Positions 46,312 through 64,000 of a DNA stretch of 64,000 nucleotides are shown here, piece by piece. The stretch is from assembly GCF_009914755.1 (NCBI RefSeq), contig NC_060946.1. One strand, 5' to 3'. Source of the stretch: the human T2T-CHM13v2.0 reference genome, Homo sapiens. The notes under the pieces are model-generated. The model searched no databases and was not told the DNA's origin. It saw only the letters and a list, made by a program, of their open reading frames with translations. A program made the translations under genes and the position numbers. Positions within the stretch are counted from its first letter, which is position 1. Every line of letters begins with the position of its first letter.

Positions 46312-47078
46312 TAGATGGATGGATGGATGGATGGATGGATGGATGGATGGATGGATAGATGGATGGATATAGGTGGATGGATGGATGGATGGATGGATAT
46401 AGGGGGATGGATGAATATAGGTGGGTGGATGGATGGATGATGGGTGGATAACTGGACGGACGGATGGATGGATGGATGGATGGGGGGATGGATATAGGTG
46501 GATGGATGGATGATGGTGGATGGTTAGATGGGTGATGGATGAATGATTGAACAGATGGATGGGTGGATGGATGGATGGATGGATGGATGGATGGATGGAT
46601 GGATGGTTTGATGGGGGGAGGGATATAGGTGGATGGATGGATGATGGTGGATGGATAGATGGATGATGGATGGATGATTGAACAGATGGATGGATGAATG
46701 GATGGATGGATGGTTTGATGGGGGGAGGGATATAGGTGGATGGATGGATGATGGTGAATGGATAGATGGATGATGGATGGGTGATTGAACAGAGGGATGG
46801 ATGGATGGATGGTTTGATGGGGGGAGGGATATAGGTGGATGGATGGATGATGGTGAATGGATAGATGGATGATGGATGGATGATTGAACAGATGGATGGA
46901 TGGATGGATGGATGGATGGATCGATGGATGGATGGATCGATGGATGGATGGATGGATGGTTTGATGGGGGGAGGGATATAGGTGGATGGATGGATGATGG
47001 TGGATGGATAGGTGGATGATGGATGGATGATTGAACAGATAGGTGGATGGATGGATGGATGGATGAGTGGGTGGGTGG
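46312..47078 (+). repeat. (TGGA)n array, copy B, with ~100-145-bp higher-order units
   Basis: 'ggtttgatggggggagggatataggtggatgg' recurs four times. Confidence 0.95.
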
Positions 47079-47614
47079 ATAATGAAGGGATATACGAATG
47101 TATGGGTGGACATGTGGATGGGTTTTCAGGAGCCTAGAGTGTCCAACCATTGCCCCTGTTTTGGGTCAAGAGAATGGCCACCACTCCTTTCATTCCTGTG
47201 TCCTCTTTCTCCCTGCTGACTCTAATAGCTCCAGAATGACCAAGGGCAGTAGGAGGGGATGGTCAGGCTTTTCAGCCAGGCTGGGTGTGATACCAGACCA
47301 GTAGTTCTTTTCAACTGTCATGAGGTGCTCTTGGTCAATGGGGTAAATGCATTTACATGTTCTTCCACTATAAAAATAATACCCATTTATTACTGGATAT
47401 TTGGAAATTGCTAATTTGGAAAACTAGAAAGAACAGATAATTTTCCATATTGTCAACATCCAAAGATTTGTATCAATCACAATTCAGTGCATTTCTTTCT
47501 GATCTTTTCCTAATCTCTGCATTTTATGTCATCTTCATAGTTTGTAGAATGTTTTGAATATTGGTTGTTTTTTAAAATTTAACATGATTGCATAAACATT
47601 TCCCCATGCCTTTA

Positions 47615-47935
<321 letters not shown>

Positions 47936-47936
47936 A

Positions 47937-48260
<324 letters not shown>

Positions 48261-49650
48261 GTAAACCTAATTCTAATGGGTGCATCATATTCCAGAGAGA
48301 GGACGTATGAGAATTTCATGATTCACTTTGTTGGGCATTTTCACTGTGGGTATTTCCTGCTGCTCTAAATAGTGCTCTGACAAACAGTGTGGAGATTTTC
48401 CTCAATTTCGAGAGACTCCCTGAGTGTGAGTTTCCAGAAGTGGAATCATTGAGTCGACTCACTTCCTGAATGTACAGCCAAGCTGGCCTCCAGAAGTTCT
48501 GCAGAGATTTCCACTCCCATCAGGGGAATGAAAGCCTCTGCTGCACAGTGCCCAGTACAAGGGACCCATGTGTACTTACTCGCCTATGATGTGGTGGACT
48601 TGAGGGGCCTCTCCGTGCCCAAGAAGCATTTCTATGGCTGTGTTTTGTGGCCCTTGTTCCTGCCACCCCTGGGAACTGTCTCGTGGGCTTGGCTGGGGCT
48701 GTGAGCCGGGGAGTGGACGCTGCTTGGATTGAGAAGCCGGCAGCCCCCGGCCTTGGCTCGTGCCTTCCTCATCTGCAAATGGAGAGACCGGGAGGCCATG
48801 AGACATCAGCGTGGACAGCGGGCATGGCTGGTGACCTGCCACTGCACTCTCGCCCCTCACAGCCCGCCGTCTGCTGGCAGGGCCGCTCGGGAGCACACGC
48901 TGTTCCTGGTGCAAAGCCACTGCTGCCTGTTCCGGGAACAGCAGAAGATCAAACGCCCCGGGCTCCTGGACTTCATTAAAAACGTATTTCTTTCTCTTTG
49001 CCCGCAAAAGTTTCCATGTAACCAGGGAAACCTTTTTTAAATTACACACTTCCTCCAACAGCCATGCAGTCTGGGGCCTGAGAATGGACGAGGCCGGGAT
49101 CTCTCAAGATCTCAGAATCTCTTCCTCCGCTGGAGCCCAGGGCCTCATCGGGGAATGTGCAGCTCAGCTTCCAGATGGGCAGAGATGCCACATGGAAGGA
49201 GGGCAAGGGCCAATACCCAGCCGGTCAGAGGGCACCCAGATAGCCCCAGAGTCCCCCAGCCACCGCGAGCCCGGCTAGACAGCTGGGACAGCCCGGGGAA
49301 GGTGCCGGGCATGCATTAATCAGCTCATCTCCCCACCGGCTGACACTCTGCCAGGTCCTCTGTGCTTCGATAGAGCTGGGACGGGGGACAGAGAAATAAA
49401 TCAGGCAAAAATCCTTTGGCCAAGTCACTGTCAGGCTCTGGAGGGGGAGATGGCACCTGAAACATATAATTATATTCACGTCGCTGTTGAAAACACATTT
49501 TCTGAGTACTTACTCTGGGTCACTAACTATGCTGGGAGGTTCACATCATAAACATTCTGTGAGCTGGGGACTGAATGTGTCCCAGGCCATGCCTGGCTGA
49601 GGCAGACAGAAGCCCAGCGAGGGCCACAGAGTCCACCTGGGGCCTCGGGC

Positions 49651-50001
49651 CACCAGCAGGAGCCAAAGCCAACCCAGGGTCCCAGGCCACCAACAGGGAC
49701 CAGAGTCAACCCAGGGTCCCAGAACACCAGCAGGGACCAGAGCCAACCCAGGGTCCCAGAACACCAGCAGGGGCCAGAGCCAACCCAGGGTCCCAGGCCA
49801 CCAGCAGGGGCCAGAACCAACGCAGGGTCCCAGGCCACCAGCAGGGGCCAGAGCCAACCCAGGGTCCCAGGCCACCAGCAGGGGCCAGAGCCAACACAGG
49901 GTCCCAGGCCACCAGCAGGGGCCAGAGTCAACCCAGGGCCCCAGGCCACCAGCAGGGGCCAGAGCCAACCCAGGGTCCCAGAACACCAGCAGGGGCCAAA
50001 C
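49651..50001. repeat. 37-bp minisatellite, ~9.5 copies
   Basis: Unit caccagcaggggccagagccaacccagggtcccag(gc/aa) in exact 37-bp register from 49651. Confidence 0.96.
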
Positions 50002-51487
50002 CAAGACTAGGCTGCTCAGCCTGCCTGGCTCCATGATACTGCAATGGGGGCAAGCAGGAGGCCCGGGAGTTCCCTCAGGGTCACAAAGGCGCCCCCCTCC
50101 CCGAGCACTGGGATGGGGTCAGCCAGGAAACAGAACACAGTGCCTGTCCCAGGGCCGGGGAGGAGGGAGGAGGGGAGGAGGGGGTTGGGCAGAGCCAGCT
50201 CCGTGGACAGCCTGTGCAGGAAACAGCTGAGGGAAGCTGGGGCGAGATGGGAGCAGTATCGCCTCCACAGCCCACCCTCCCGTGGGAGCCAGGGCCAGGG
50301 CGGCGCTGCCACTGCTGAGGTTGGAACCACAGTGGCTGAGGCCACAATCCAGCTCTGGGTCTGCCAGCTCCCACCAGCCATCACTGCCAGAGCCCAGGGA
50401 CCTCTCCTGTAGTGTAGGACTGTGGATTCCTGCCCCCGAGTGTCATGGAGATTCCAGGTCCCAGAGGACAAGACAAAGCCAGGAGATGTTGTTTCTCCCA
50501 AGACTGGGGGCAATTCTCGGACCTGGAGCTGAGTCAGCCCCATTCACCTGCTCACCAAGGGGACTGTGGCCAACGCCTGGGCAGTTGACAGTGACCAGCA
50601 AACGAGTGAATGGAGGAAAAAGGGAATGCTCGAGTGAATGAGAGGAGGCAGAGCCCTGACCAGACTCTGGGAGCCCCAGGTCTGGCCGGTTCACAGCCTC
50701 ACTGGAGGCCTGCTGCAGGCCAGGAACACGGCGAGGCAGCAGCCGGGGGGTATGGAGGGCAGAGAGACTGCAAGCCTCTCCCGGGGGTGGCTGTGTTCCT
50801 GTGGCCGCTCCCAGAGGATGAGACGGAGATTTCTAGACAGAAGAGATGGTGGAGGACACAAAAATACAATTCCTGCCCCATGGAAGTACCGAGGCCAGCT
50901 TCTAAAGAAAAGGGGGTGAAAACTGACGGGATTTCTTTCCTAACTGACTTCTGTATGTTCCAGATTCTTTTTCCAACCTTGGTTCAATTCTGAACTGAAT
51001 CCTCAAGTCCCTGGCCTCCAGGAACCCAGCTCCTAGGCCAACAGACCAGCGGAGGCAGCAGACAGCAGGACAAACAGGGCGGACAAGAAAGATCTTTCTT
51101 CAACCTCAATCCCAGAATGAACGCTCAGGCAACTGCTGGGAGTAGTGAGCCCACCATCTCTAGAAGCAATCAAGTTGCTCTTGGATGCCCAATAGCCAAG
51201 AAGCCCAGGAAAGAATCTATAAGTGAAGGGGGGTGTTATTATATCAAGGTTTACCCCAAGGCCCCTCATCAGGAAGCCCCATAGGAATGGTGCTATGTCC
51301 AGGGTTCAGAGCCACCCAAGTCCTCCAGACAGACCAGAGGGGGGTGCCCCAGGAGCCCTCTAGGTTCCAGAGAGCAGCAAGAAAGAGCTAAGCACCTGCT
51401 ATATGCTGGGCACTGTGCCAGCCAGGAGTTTTCTCTCATATTATCTCAAATCATCTCAATATGCTGCAAAGTATGTATTTCTGTACC

Positions 51488-51794
<307 letters not shown>

Positions 51795-52288
51795 TGACAG
51801 ATGAGGAAACTGAGAGTCAGGGAGGTAAAAGGCTTGCCTGAAATCACACAGCTCCCTGGGAGCAGAGCCAGGATACGGAGCCAGAATTGGCTGGCCCACA
51901 GCCTAGGGCCAGCGCTCCCCTTCAGCTGTCATTCAACCCCTAAGTATTTATGAGTGCTTGCCACGTGCTACGTCTTGGTCTGGGGTTTGGGTCATAATCC
52001 CTAATGACTGTTTTGAGTACCATAATCCTGAATGCTGAAATCCCAAAAGATCAAAATCCCTAAAGTCTAAATCCCTAAAGTCTAAAATTCCTAACATCTA
52101 ATTGACTCCTCCAGTCATGACAGATTTGGGATTAGAGGTGATCAAGGCTTCTAAAAGCGAATGGCAAGGTGTTACCAATAAAGTTTGTTTTTTCCATTCA
52201 GCCTAAGGCATTTGGTGGAAAATGCAGACAACTGGATGGGCCATTTGATACAGCAGCCACAAAAACTTCAGCTTAAAAGTGTGTCTTT

Positions 52289-52641
<353 letters not shown>

Positions 52642-52816
52642 TCATGTATTTATTTTTTTCTATTTCTAGTTTTTCTTTTTTTCTTTTTATTTTTCTTTTC
52701 TCATGCCTCGGAGAGCTTTTAAAGAAATACAGCCACATTTGCCTGAAGAAGCCACTGAAGTTTCTGACTGGTTTGAATATAATTATGTGCACGTAGGATA
52801 GGAAGACACGTACAGC

Positions 52817-53080
52817 TGGCTGGGCGTGGTGGCTCACACCTGTAATCCCAGCATTTTGAGAGGCCAAGGCTGGCAGATCACTTGAGGTCAGAAGTTCGAG
52901 ACCAGCCTGGCCAACAAGGTGAAACCTCGTCTCTACTAAAAATACAAAAATTAGCTGGGCATGGTGTCGGGCACCTGTCACCCCAGCTACTCAGGCGGCT
53001 GAGGCAAGAGAATAACTTGAACCCAGGAGGCGGAGGATGCAGTGGGCTGAGATTGCGCCGCTGCACTCCAGCCTAGGCAG
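52817..53080 (+). mobile_element. Alu (AluS, tail missing)
   Basis: Dimer ending 'ccagcctaggca'. Confidence 0.92.
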
Positions 53081-53260
53081 TACTGTGACCACCAAATCTG
53101 TGGTCTGCATGTGAGTGCATGTGGAATGATAGAATGCCCATGTCGGTGTATGTCAAATGATAGAAAACTTTCATAAAGAGCAGAGCCATGTAGAAAATGA
53201 ACATGAACATATTCTCACAGGAGAGGTATGCTCTTAATAAAAAAGAAAAAAAAAAAAAGC

Positions 53261-53564
<304 letters not shown>

Positions 53565-54173
53565 TCATCGAGATGCAAGACTTCAAACTATAGTTAATAA
53601 CAATGAAAGTTGGCCAGCTCTTATGGACTGTCTCTGAGTAATAGCCCATAGTCTATCCGAGTAATACATTTTTTCATATCGAGTCGTCTTTTTGGTTTGT
53701 TAGTTTTCTTTTTTCTTTTCTTTTTCTTTGTTTAGGTTTTCTTTTCACTCACTCTTTTAAACTAGCAGCATTGTTTTTTTACAATTTGTTATGCTATGGA
53801 TTTAATCTTTGCATCATTTCCAATCCTGGAAGTATAAATTGCATGGAGACTTTTAGAGAGTTCTAATTCATTTTTTGCATCTTTTGCAAATTTGACTCCA
53901 CAAAAGTGCATTATCACAGCGTTGACTTTGTGTGTAAGCACTGTGTGTGTGTGTGTGTGTGTTATATAAAAATGTTGAAACTTCCTCAATGAAGTGACGT
54001 CCTTTTTGTCCATCTGCACTTGGAAAAGGTAAAGTTTCTCCAGATCTCAGCTCTCTGGGTGAGTGCACAGGCACTGGTGGCCCATCACAGATTTTGAACG
54101 GTCTTATCAAAAGACTTAGGTTGCTCATCCAGGTATTCCAGATGACTGCGGTTATAAAGCTGGGTGCACATAA

Positions 54174-54508
<335 letters not shown>

Positions 54509-54509
54509 G

Positions 54510-54857
54510 AATAGCCTGCTATTGACTGAAAGCCTTACTGATAACAGAAACAGTTAATTAACACATATTTTGTATGTTGTGTGTATTACACACTGTATTC
54601 TTACAATAAAGGAAGCTAGAGAGAAGTAAATGTTTTAAGAAAACCATAAATAAGAGAAAATGTATTTACAATTCATTAAGTGGAAGTGGGTCACCATAAA
54701 GGTCTCCATCCTTGTCATCTTCATGTTCAGCAGGCTGAGGAGCAGGAAGAAGAGGAGGTGTTGGTCTTGCTGTCTCAGGGATGGCAGAGGTGAAAGAAAA
54801 TGCAAGTATAAGTGGATCCAAGCAGTTCAAGTCCATGTTGTTCAAGGACCAACTGTA
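54510..54857 (+). mobile_element. Tigger2-like (TcMar) 3' end
   Basis: 'gtattcttacaataaag.aagctagaga', terminus 'gttgttcaaggaccaactgTA'. Confidence 0.75.
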
Positions 54858-54919
54858 AAGTCACATTCAGTTTCCAGGTGGCCAGGAATTTTTGGAGGAT
54901 GAAAGTCAACACAGTATAA

Positions 54920-55259
54920 GTAAACAGCCTGGAACTATGGAGCTACTTTTTCTCTGCAGAGTAAACAGCAGGCACGCTCACCACCTGCTATAAAAGATTC
55001 AGGTTCTCTGAGCTCAAGGCTCCTCTTCTACACAATCCCCTGAATACAAAGCTGCCATTGAGCCCTATTTGTGTTATTCTTGGAACTGGCCCATAAAAAT
55101 GCAGATACTCTGGCTCCCGCTGCTGCTGTGGGTCATGAACTGTTTCTTGTTTCTGACCCAGGAGTCTCATATCTTCTGCCAGAATTTACGGAACGGAGGC
55201 AGGCTCTTTTCTTACCTTGCAAATAGGGTATAATCTCATGTCCTTCACAGTTCTTGGCG
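54920..55259 (+). mobile_element. ERVL-type LTR fragment (MER76-like)
   Basis: TATA 'ctataaaag'; 3' end 'ctgacccaggagtctca...ccttcacagttcttg' resembles recalled consensus. Confidence 0.5.
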
Positions 55260-56140
55260 AGTAGGACCTGTGGCTAAGGGAATGGCTTCGTGACTTACAG
55301 AGGAGGAGAGTGTGAGAATCGTGGAGGCGAAACTCTAGGAGGAAAGAGAAGACAGGCAGCGAGGAGGAGTGGCAAGAGCTGTCTGGGAGGCTCTGAGGAG
55401 GGGACGAGGTCAGGGAGGGAGACGCTAAGGGGGCGTTGTCCCTGCTGGCCGTGTGGTGGGTGTGCAGAGCCCCTCCTGGCCTGGCCCACAGATCCTCAGC
55501 GGAGCTCATCCTGCTCACTGACGCTTTGTGCAGGGGACTGGGGGTGACCCTGAGAGGGGATGGGATCTGCTAACAGGTTGGCATGGGCATGTGGGCAGGC
55601 AAGATGAGGGTGAGTGCCAGGGCCAGGGAAGAGCTGGTATCCCGCTGACATCCCACAGCTCATCTGATGGTTCCGTTAAAACTGAGGTGGGCCCAGAGCC
55701 CTGCCTGCTCCCTCCCCCAATGCCAGGGGCCCCTTCAGGATCCCCAGAGCTCCAGAGGCATGATTAGGAGATATCTGGACCCGACGACCTCGGTCTGACC
55801 TTGATGTTGAGGTTTTGGCGGTTAACCCCCTTGGGGGCAGAAAGGGTGGCTGCTCTGAGCCCGCCTCCCCATTTCCTTACAGGCTTCATAGAGTCGTTGA
55901 GTTTGACCCCAGCCAGGCTAATGGGTGCAAAATGCTTGGACGAATGGTCAACCTGGAAGATGGAAAACTGCTGCCAGGAGCAGTGATGGCTTCATGTAGA
56001 GCAAGGGCTTCGCAGTCGGCAGCTGCAGGTTCTAATGCTGCCTCTGCGAACCTCAGTTACCACGCTTTTGAAATGGGTCCATGGAGCGGCAGGGCTCAGT
56101 GGTGGAACCGGTTTTCAAAACTTAAGAAGCTGGACTGTCA

Positions 56141-56443
56141 GGCCGGACATGGGGGCCCACACCTGTAATCCCAGCACTTTGGGAGGCCGAGGTGGGCGGA
56201 TCACGAGGTCAGGAGTTCAAGACTGGCCTGGCAAGCATGGTGAAACCCCGCCTCTACTAAAAATACAAAAAATTAGCCAGGCATGATGGCACCTGCCTAT
56301 AATCCCAGCTGCTCAGGAAGCTGAGGCAGGAGAATTATTTGAACCCCGCAGGCAGAGGTTGCAGTGAGCCGAGATGTCGCCATTGCACTCCGGCCTGGGC
56401 GACAGGGCGAGACTCGGTCTCAAAAAAAAAAAAAAAAAAAAAA
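56141..56443 (+). mobile_element. Alu (AluSg-like)
   Basis: Dimer, TSD aagaagct(g/a)gactgtc. Confidence 0.95.
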
Positions 56444-56742
56444 GAAGCTAGACTGTCTAGGCCCGACCCTCTCAGCTGACAGTGCAGAGAAGGGCAGGGC
56501 TTTCTCAAAGCCAAGTGAGTTAGAAGCAGTTAGTCAGGGTTAGCTCCAGCCTGAGAGTGGCCCCCGAGCTAATCACCAGTTTCTACCAATCAAAGTGAGG
56601 TCAGACCAGCAGATGGGGGAGGGGGAGGGGGAGGTGGCGGCAGAGCAGGGCCCAGCAGTGCAGGTGGGGCAGGGAAATGGGGAGCAAGCTGATTTTAAGC
56701 AAGCAGCATCCTTCAACCACCTCCCCCAGGTCTCCTGTCTGA

Positions 56743-57118
<376 letters not shown>

Positions 57119-57120
57119 AG

Positions 57121-57427
57121 TTTTTTTTTTTTTTTTTTAGAGACAGAGTCTTGGCTCTGTCACCCAGGCTGGAGTGTAATGGCGTTATCACAGCTCATTC
57201 CAGCCTCAAACTCCTGGGTTTCAAGCAGTCCTCCCACCTCAACCTCCCGTGTAGCTGGGACTACAGGCATGCATCACCACTCCCAACTTTTTTATTATTA
57301 TATTATTTGTAGAGATGGGGTTTCACCATGTTGCCCAGGCTGGTCTTAAATTCCTGGCCTCAAGCCATCCTCCTGCCTTGGCTTCCCAAAGTGCTGGGAT
57401 TACAGGCAGGAACCACGGCCCCTGGCC
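57121..57427 (-). mobile_element. Alu (AluJ-like)
   Basis: poly-T then reverse-complement dimer. Confidence 0.92.
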
Positions 57428-57702
57428 CCTCATCATAGTCTTAAGTGTCGTTGTTGCCTTCAAAAACCTGTTGAAAAGGGGCTACCTCTTCCACAGAGAG
57501 GGCAGGGAACCCTGTATCTAGCTCCCTGAACTGGCACATGTGAAGCAGTATGGATTTGTGATGCTGGGCTGGTGCCAGGACTCACCTGTTCATTCTACCT
57601 TTGCCCACCGAGTGCCCACCAGGTGCCAGCCCCTGCCCCAAGGCTCTGTGGCCAGAGTCTGATTTCATCCCTGTGACAAATGTTCAGGGTAGATAACATT
57701 AG

Positions 57703-58029
<327 letters not shown>

Positions 58030-59121
58030 TAAGGAGCCCGAGGCCGAGAGAGACAGGTCTGCAGCTAGAAGGTGGCCATGTAGGCAAGTGGGGAAGGAAG
58101 GAATGAAGGAAGGAGGGAGAGAAGGAGGAGACAGGCAGGGCTCCAGTCCCAGGGATGGGAAACAAGGGCAGCGTCCTCACCAGGTTCAGTCCCAGTTGTA
58201 AGAGGCTCAAGAAAGGGGAGGACCTCAGAGGGCAGGGCGGGGCTGCAGCAAGTCACACACAGAGCAGAAGTGCTGTGTCTGCTTTTCCAGGAGGACAGCT
58301 GCAGCCTCAGATCCCCCAATTACTCAGAGGGGCCAATCCTACCCCTGGCTCACGCAGGTGGGGACCTCGGCCCCAGACCTCAGGCTGCACCCCACCCTCC
58401 CCCACTTAACATCCTCCTGACTGGCTTTCTGCTGATGGCTAGGAGGTTGTTCCCATCTGAGCCCAGGCCTCTCACTAATGCTGCTGACCCAAGGTTCATG
58501 GGGGTCCCCAGCCTCCAGCCTGGGGGAGCGGCCACCAGGGCCAAGACTGGCTGACTCAGTGGACATCTCAGGCCAGGCCTTCCTAGTCTGTGCTCCCTCA
58601 TCCAATCCTCCCAGCTTTTCAGGAAGTAAACATCACTCCTCCCATCCCGGAATCGGGGGGAAATCCTGAGCCCAGAGACGTGGCATGACTTGCTTTAGAC
58701 TGCAGGGAGAGAGACAGGCAGACGAGAAGTGGACACCCATTTGTGCCGTGATTCCTCCCCCAGGAATCTTTCTGCTACTCTGCTTGGCCTTTCGTGGTAA
58801 ACAACTGGGCGTGTGAGCGAGCGGCGGCGTGCACGCCAGAGACAGATGGATACAGTGAGTGTGCTAAGCCCCAGGCAGCCCAGGCACTGAACACCCAGAT
58901 AAAGCTGCCAGGCCGCCTTCTTCCTTCTCCGGGAGAACAGGAGTCAGTGGCCCAGGGACAGGAGCTGGACCAGAAGGGCTTTGGAAAGCCTCTGAAGGGA
59001 GGCCACGAAAGGATGGAGGCAGAGAAGGAAGGACCCTGTGGGGAGTGGTGCCCACAGAACACCGCCTCCATCGAGGGCTGAGTAAGGAGAAGCATGTTGT
59101 TTGAATTAGAACGCTAATATG

Positions 59122-59415
59122 GGACAGACGTGGTGGCTCATGCCTGTGATTGCAGCACTTTGGGAGGCCAAGGCAGGCAGATTGCTTGAGCTCAGGAGTT
59201 GGAGACCAGCCTAGGCAACATAGAGAGACCTCATCTCTACAAAGAAAAAAGTTAGCCAGGCATGGTGGCACACGCCTGTAGTCCCAGCTACTTGAGAGGC
59301 TGAGGTGGGAGGGAGGATCACTTGGGCCTGGGAGGTAGAGACAGCAGTGAGCCATGATCATGCCACTGCACTTCAACCTGAGTGACATAGTGAGACAACG
59401 TCTCAAAAAAAAAAT
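59122..59415 (+). mobile_element. Alu (AluJ-like)
   Basis: Diverged dimer. Confidence 0.9.
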
Positions 59416-59418
59416 TCA

Positions 59419-59757
<339 letters not shown>

Positions 59758-60159
59758 TAGAAGACAGAAAAACAAATGAAAAAATGTGAAAATAATTACT
59801 AAAAATGTTTCAAATGTAATTATCCACAATGCAAGTTTGCATCTAGCAAAAACATCAGCCCATGGATGTAAGAAGTTTAGAAAAATTCAAATAATAAATA
59901 CAAAGCAACCAACATAGACATATTTTAGCTAAGCTGCTGAAAAACCAAATCTAAGGAGAAAGTCTTAAAGGCAGCTAGACAGAAACGGCATATAACATAC
60001 AGGAGAATAGCAACAAAAATGACAGCTTACTACTCATCAGAAACAAGAGAATCCAGAAGACAATGGAACAATATCTTTAAAGCACTGCAGGGGGTGGGGA
60101 CAGCAGGGGACTGTCAGACTGGAATTTTAGATCCAGCAAAAATGTCCTTTAAAAATACT

Positions 60160-60315
60160 GGCAGCCTGGGCGCAGTGGCTCACACCTGTAATCTCAGCAC
60201 TCTAGGAGACTGGCGCAGGAGGATTGCTTGACGGCAGGAATTTGAGGTTACAGTGAGCTATGATTGCACTGCTGCATTCCAGCCTGGGTGAAAAAGCAAG
60301 ACCCTATCTCAAAAA
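60160..60315 (+). mobile_element. Alu monomer (FAM/FRAM-like)
   Basis: Single Alu-like arm. Confidence 0.75.
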
Positions 60316-60416
60316 TGAATACGTTAATTAATTAAAAATAAAGGTAAACTAAAGTCATTTCTGGTTAAATACAAGCTAACTTCTTCACTACCAGGTGTAA
60401 ACTAAAAGAACTTCTA

Positions 60417-60740
<324 letters not shown>

Positions 60741-61058
60741 TCAAGAACTTCTAGAGGGCTGAAGGAAAATTATGCAAGATGAAAACTCAGATATAGAAAA
60801 AGGGATGAAGAGCAATGGAAATAAGTATATGGATACATATAGAATACTATTTTCTTCTTTTCAATTTCTTTAAAAGACAATTGACTATATAAAGCAAAAT
60901 AATAACAATGTATTGTGGGGGTTATAATATATTTTCAGGTAAAATATATAACAAAACAATAACACAAAGGATGAAGGAATTAGAGGATGATGTTGTAAGG
61001 TTCTCACATTTTCTATTAATTCAGGGTAATCTGTGATGAGTTAAAAATACACATTGCC

Positions 61059-63103
<2,045 letters not shown>

Positions 63104-63187
63104 TATAAAATACGTAACAGATGGTGGGCCTAAACCCAACTATATCAGTAACTACATTAAATGTAAATGGAATAAATGCTCCAATTA

Positions 63188-63803
<616 letters not shown>

Positions 63804-63835
63804 AACAAGCTCAATAATTGAAAGAAGGTATAAAA

Positions 63836-64000
63836 GACCAGGTCCAGTGGCTCACACCTATAATCCCAGCACTTTGGGAGACCAAGGCCAGGAGTTAGAG
63901 ACCAGCCTGGCCAACATGGCAAAACCTCATCTCTGCTAAAAATACAAAAATTAGCCGAGCCTGGTGGTGGATGCCTGTAATCCCAGCTATTCAGGAGGCT
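63836..64000 (+). mobile_element. Alu (partial, runs off window)
   Basis: Left arm and linker visible. Confidence 0.9.

Noticed and set aside
43103-47150. Long IHPS-repeat ORFs
   Set aside because: Antisense translations of (TGGA)n arrays
49651-50001. CTCF array in the VNTR
   Set aside because: CCAGCAGGGGCC lacks a key G of the CTCF core (needs AGRKGGC)
49527-50036. Repetitive ORFs and CRISPR-like periodicity of the 37-bp repeat
   Set aside because: Head-to-tail units with no unique spacers, eukaryotic context, no cas genes
52050-52095. Short tandem 'aaatccctaaagtct' repeats
   Set aside because: Part of the Ricksha subterminal repeats, not a separate element

Overview
Primate (almost certainly human) genomic DNA: GC-rich, very Alu-dense (~40 Alus), with old L1/L2/MIR fragments, MaLR/ERV LTRs and DNA-transposon relics. 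I find no intact protein-coding gene. The only protein-derived gene feature is a processed ANP32B pseudogene (61.36-63.10 kb) whose acidic tail has expanded into a 26-copy, 36-bp in-frame minisatellite. From memory this fits ANP32BP2 at 22q13.31 upstream of PRR5, but I cannot verify that here. Almost all ORF-track entries are artefacts of high GC, Alus or CA/TG/GGAT repeats. Main points of interest: an LTR10 solo LTR inside an Alu carrying a perfect p53 element; a rare SVA2 insertion with TSD; an interstitial (TTAGGG)n next to a strong CTCF motif; a dispersed cluster of RFX X-boxes; an OCT4-SOX2 composite motif; a ~125-bp unique-sequence inverted repeat bracketing a CA-rich array; and several local duplications and VNTRs. 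No evidence was found for a novel protein-coding system. The regulatory interpretations are motif-based inference. Repeat family and subfamily names are from recall of consensus sequences, and their coordinates are approximate.
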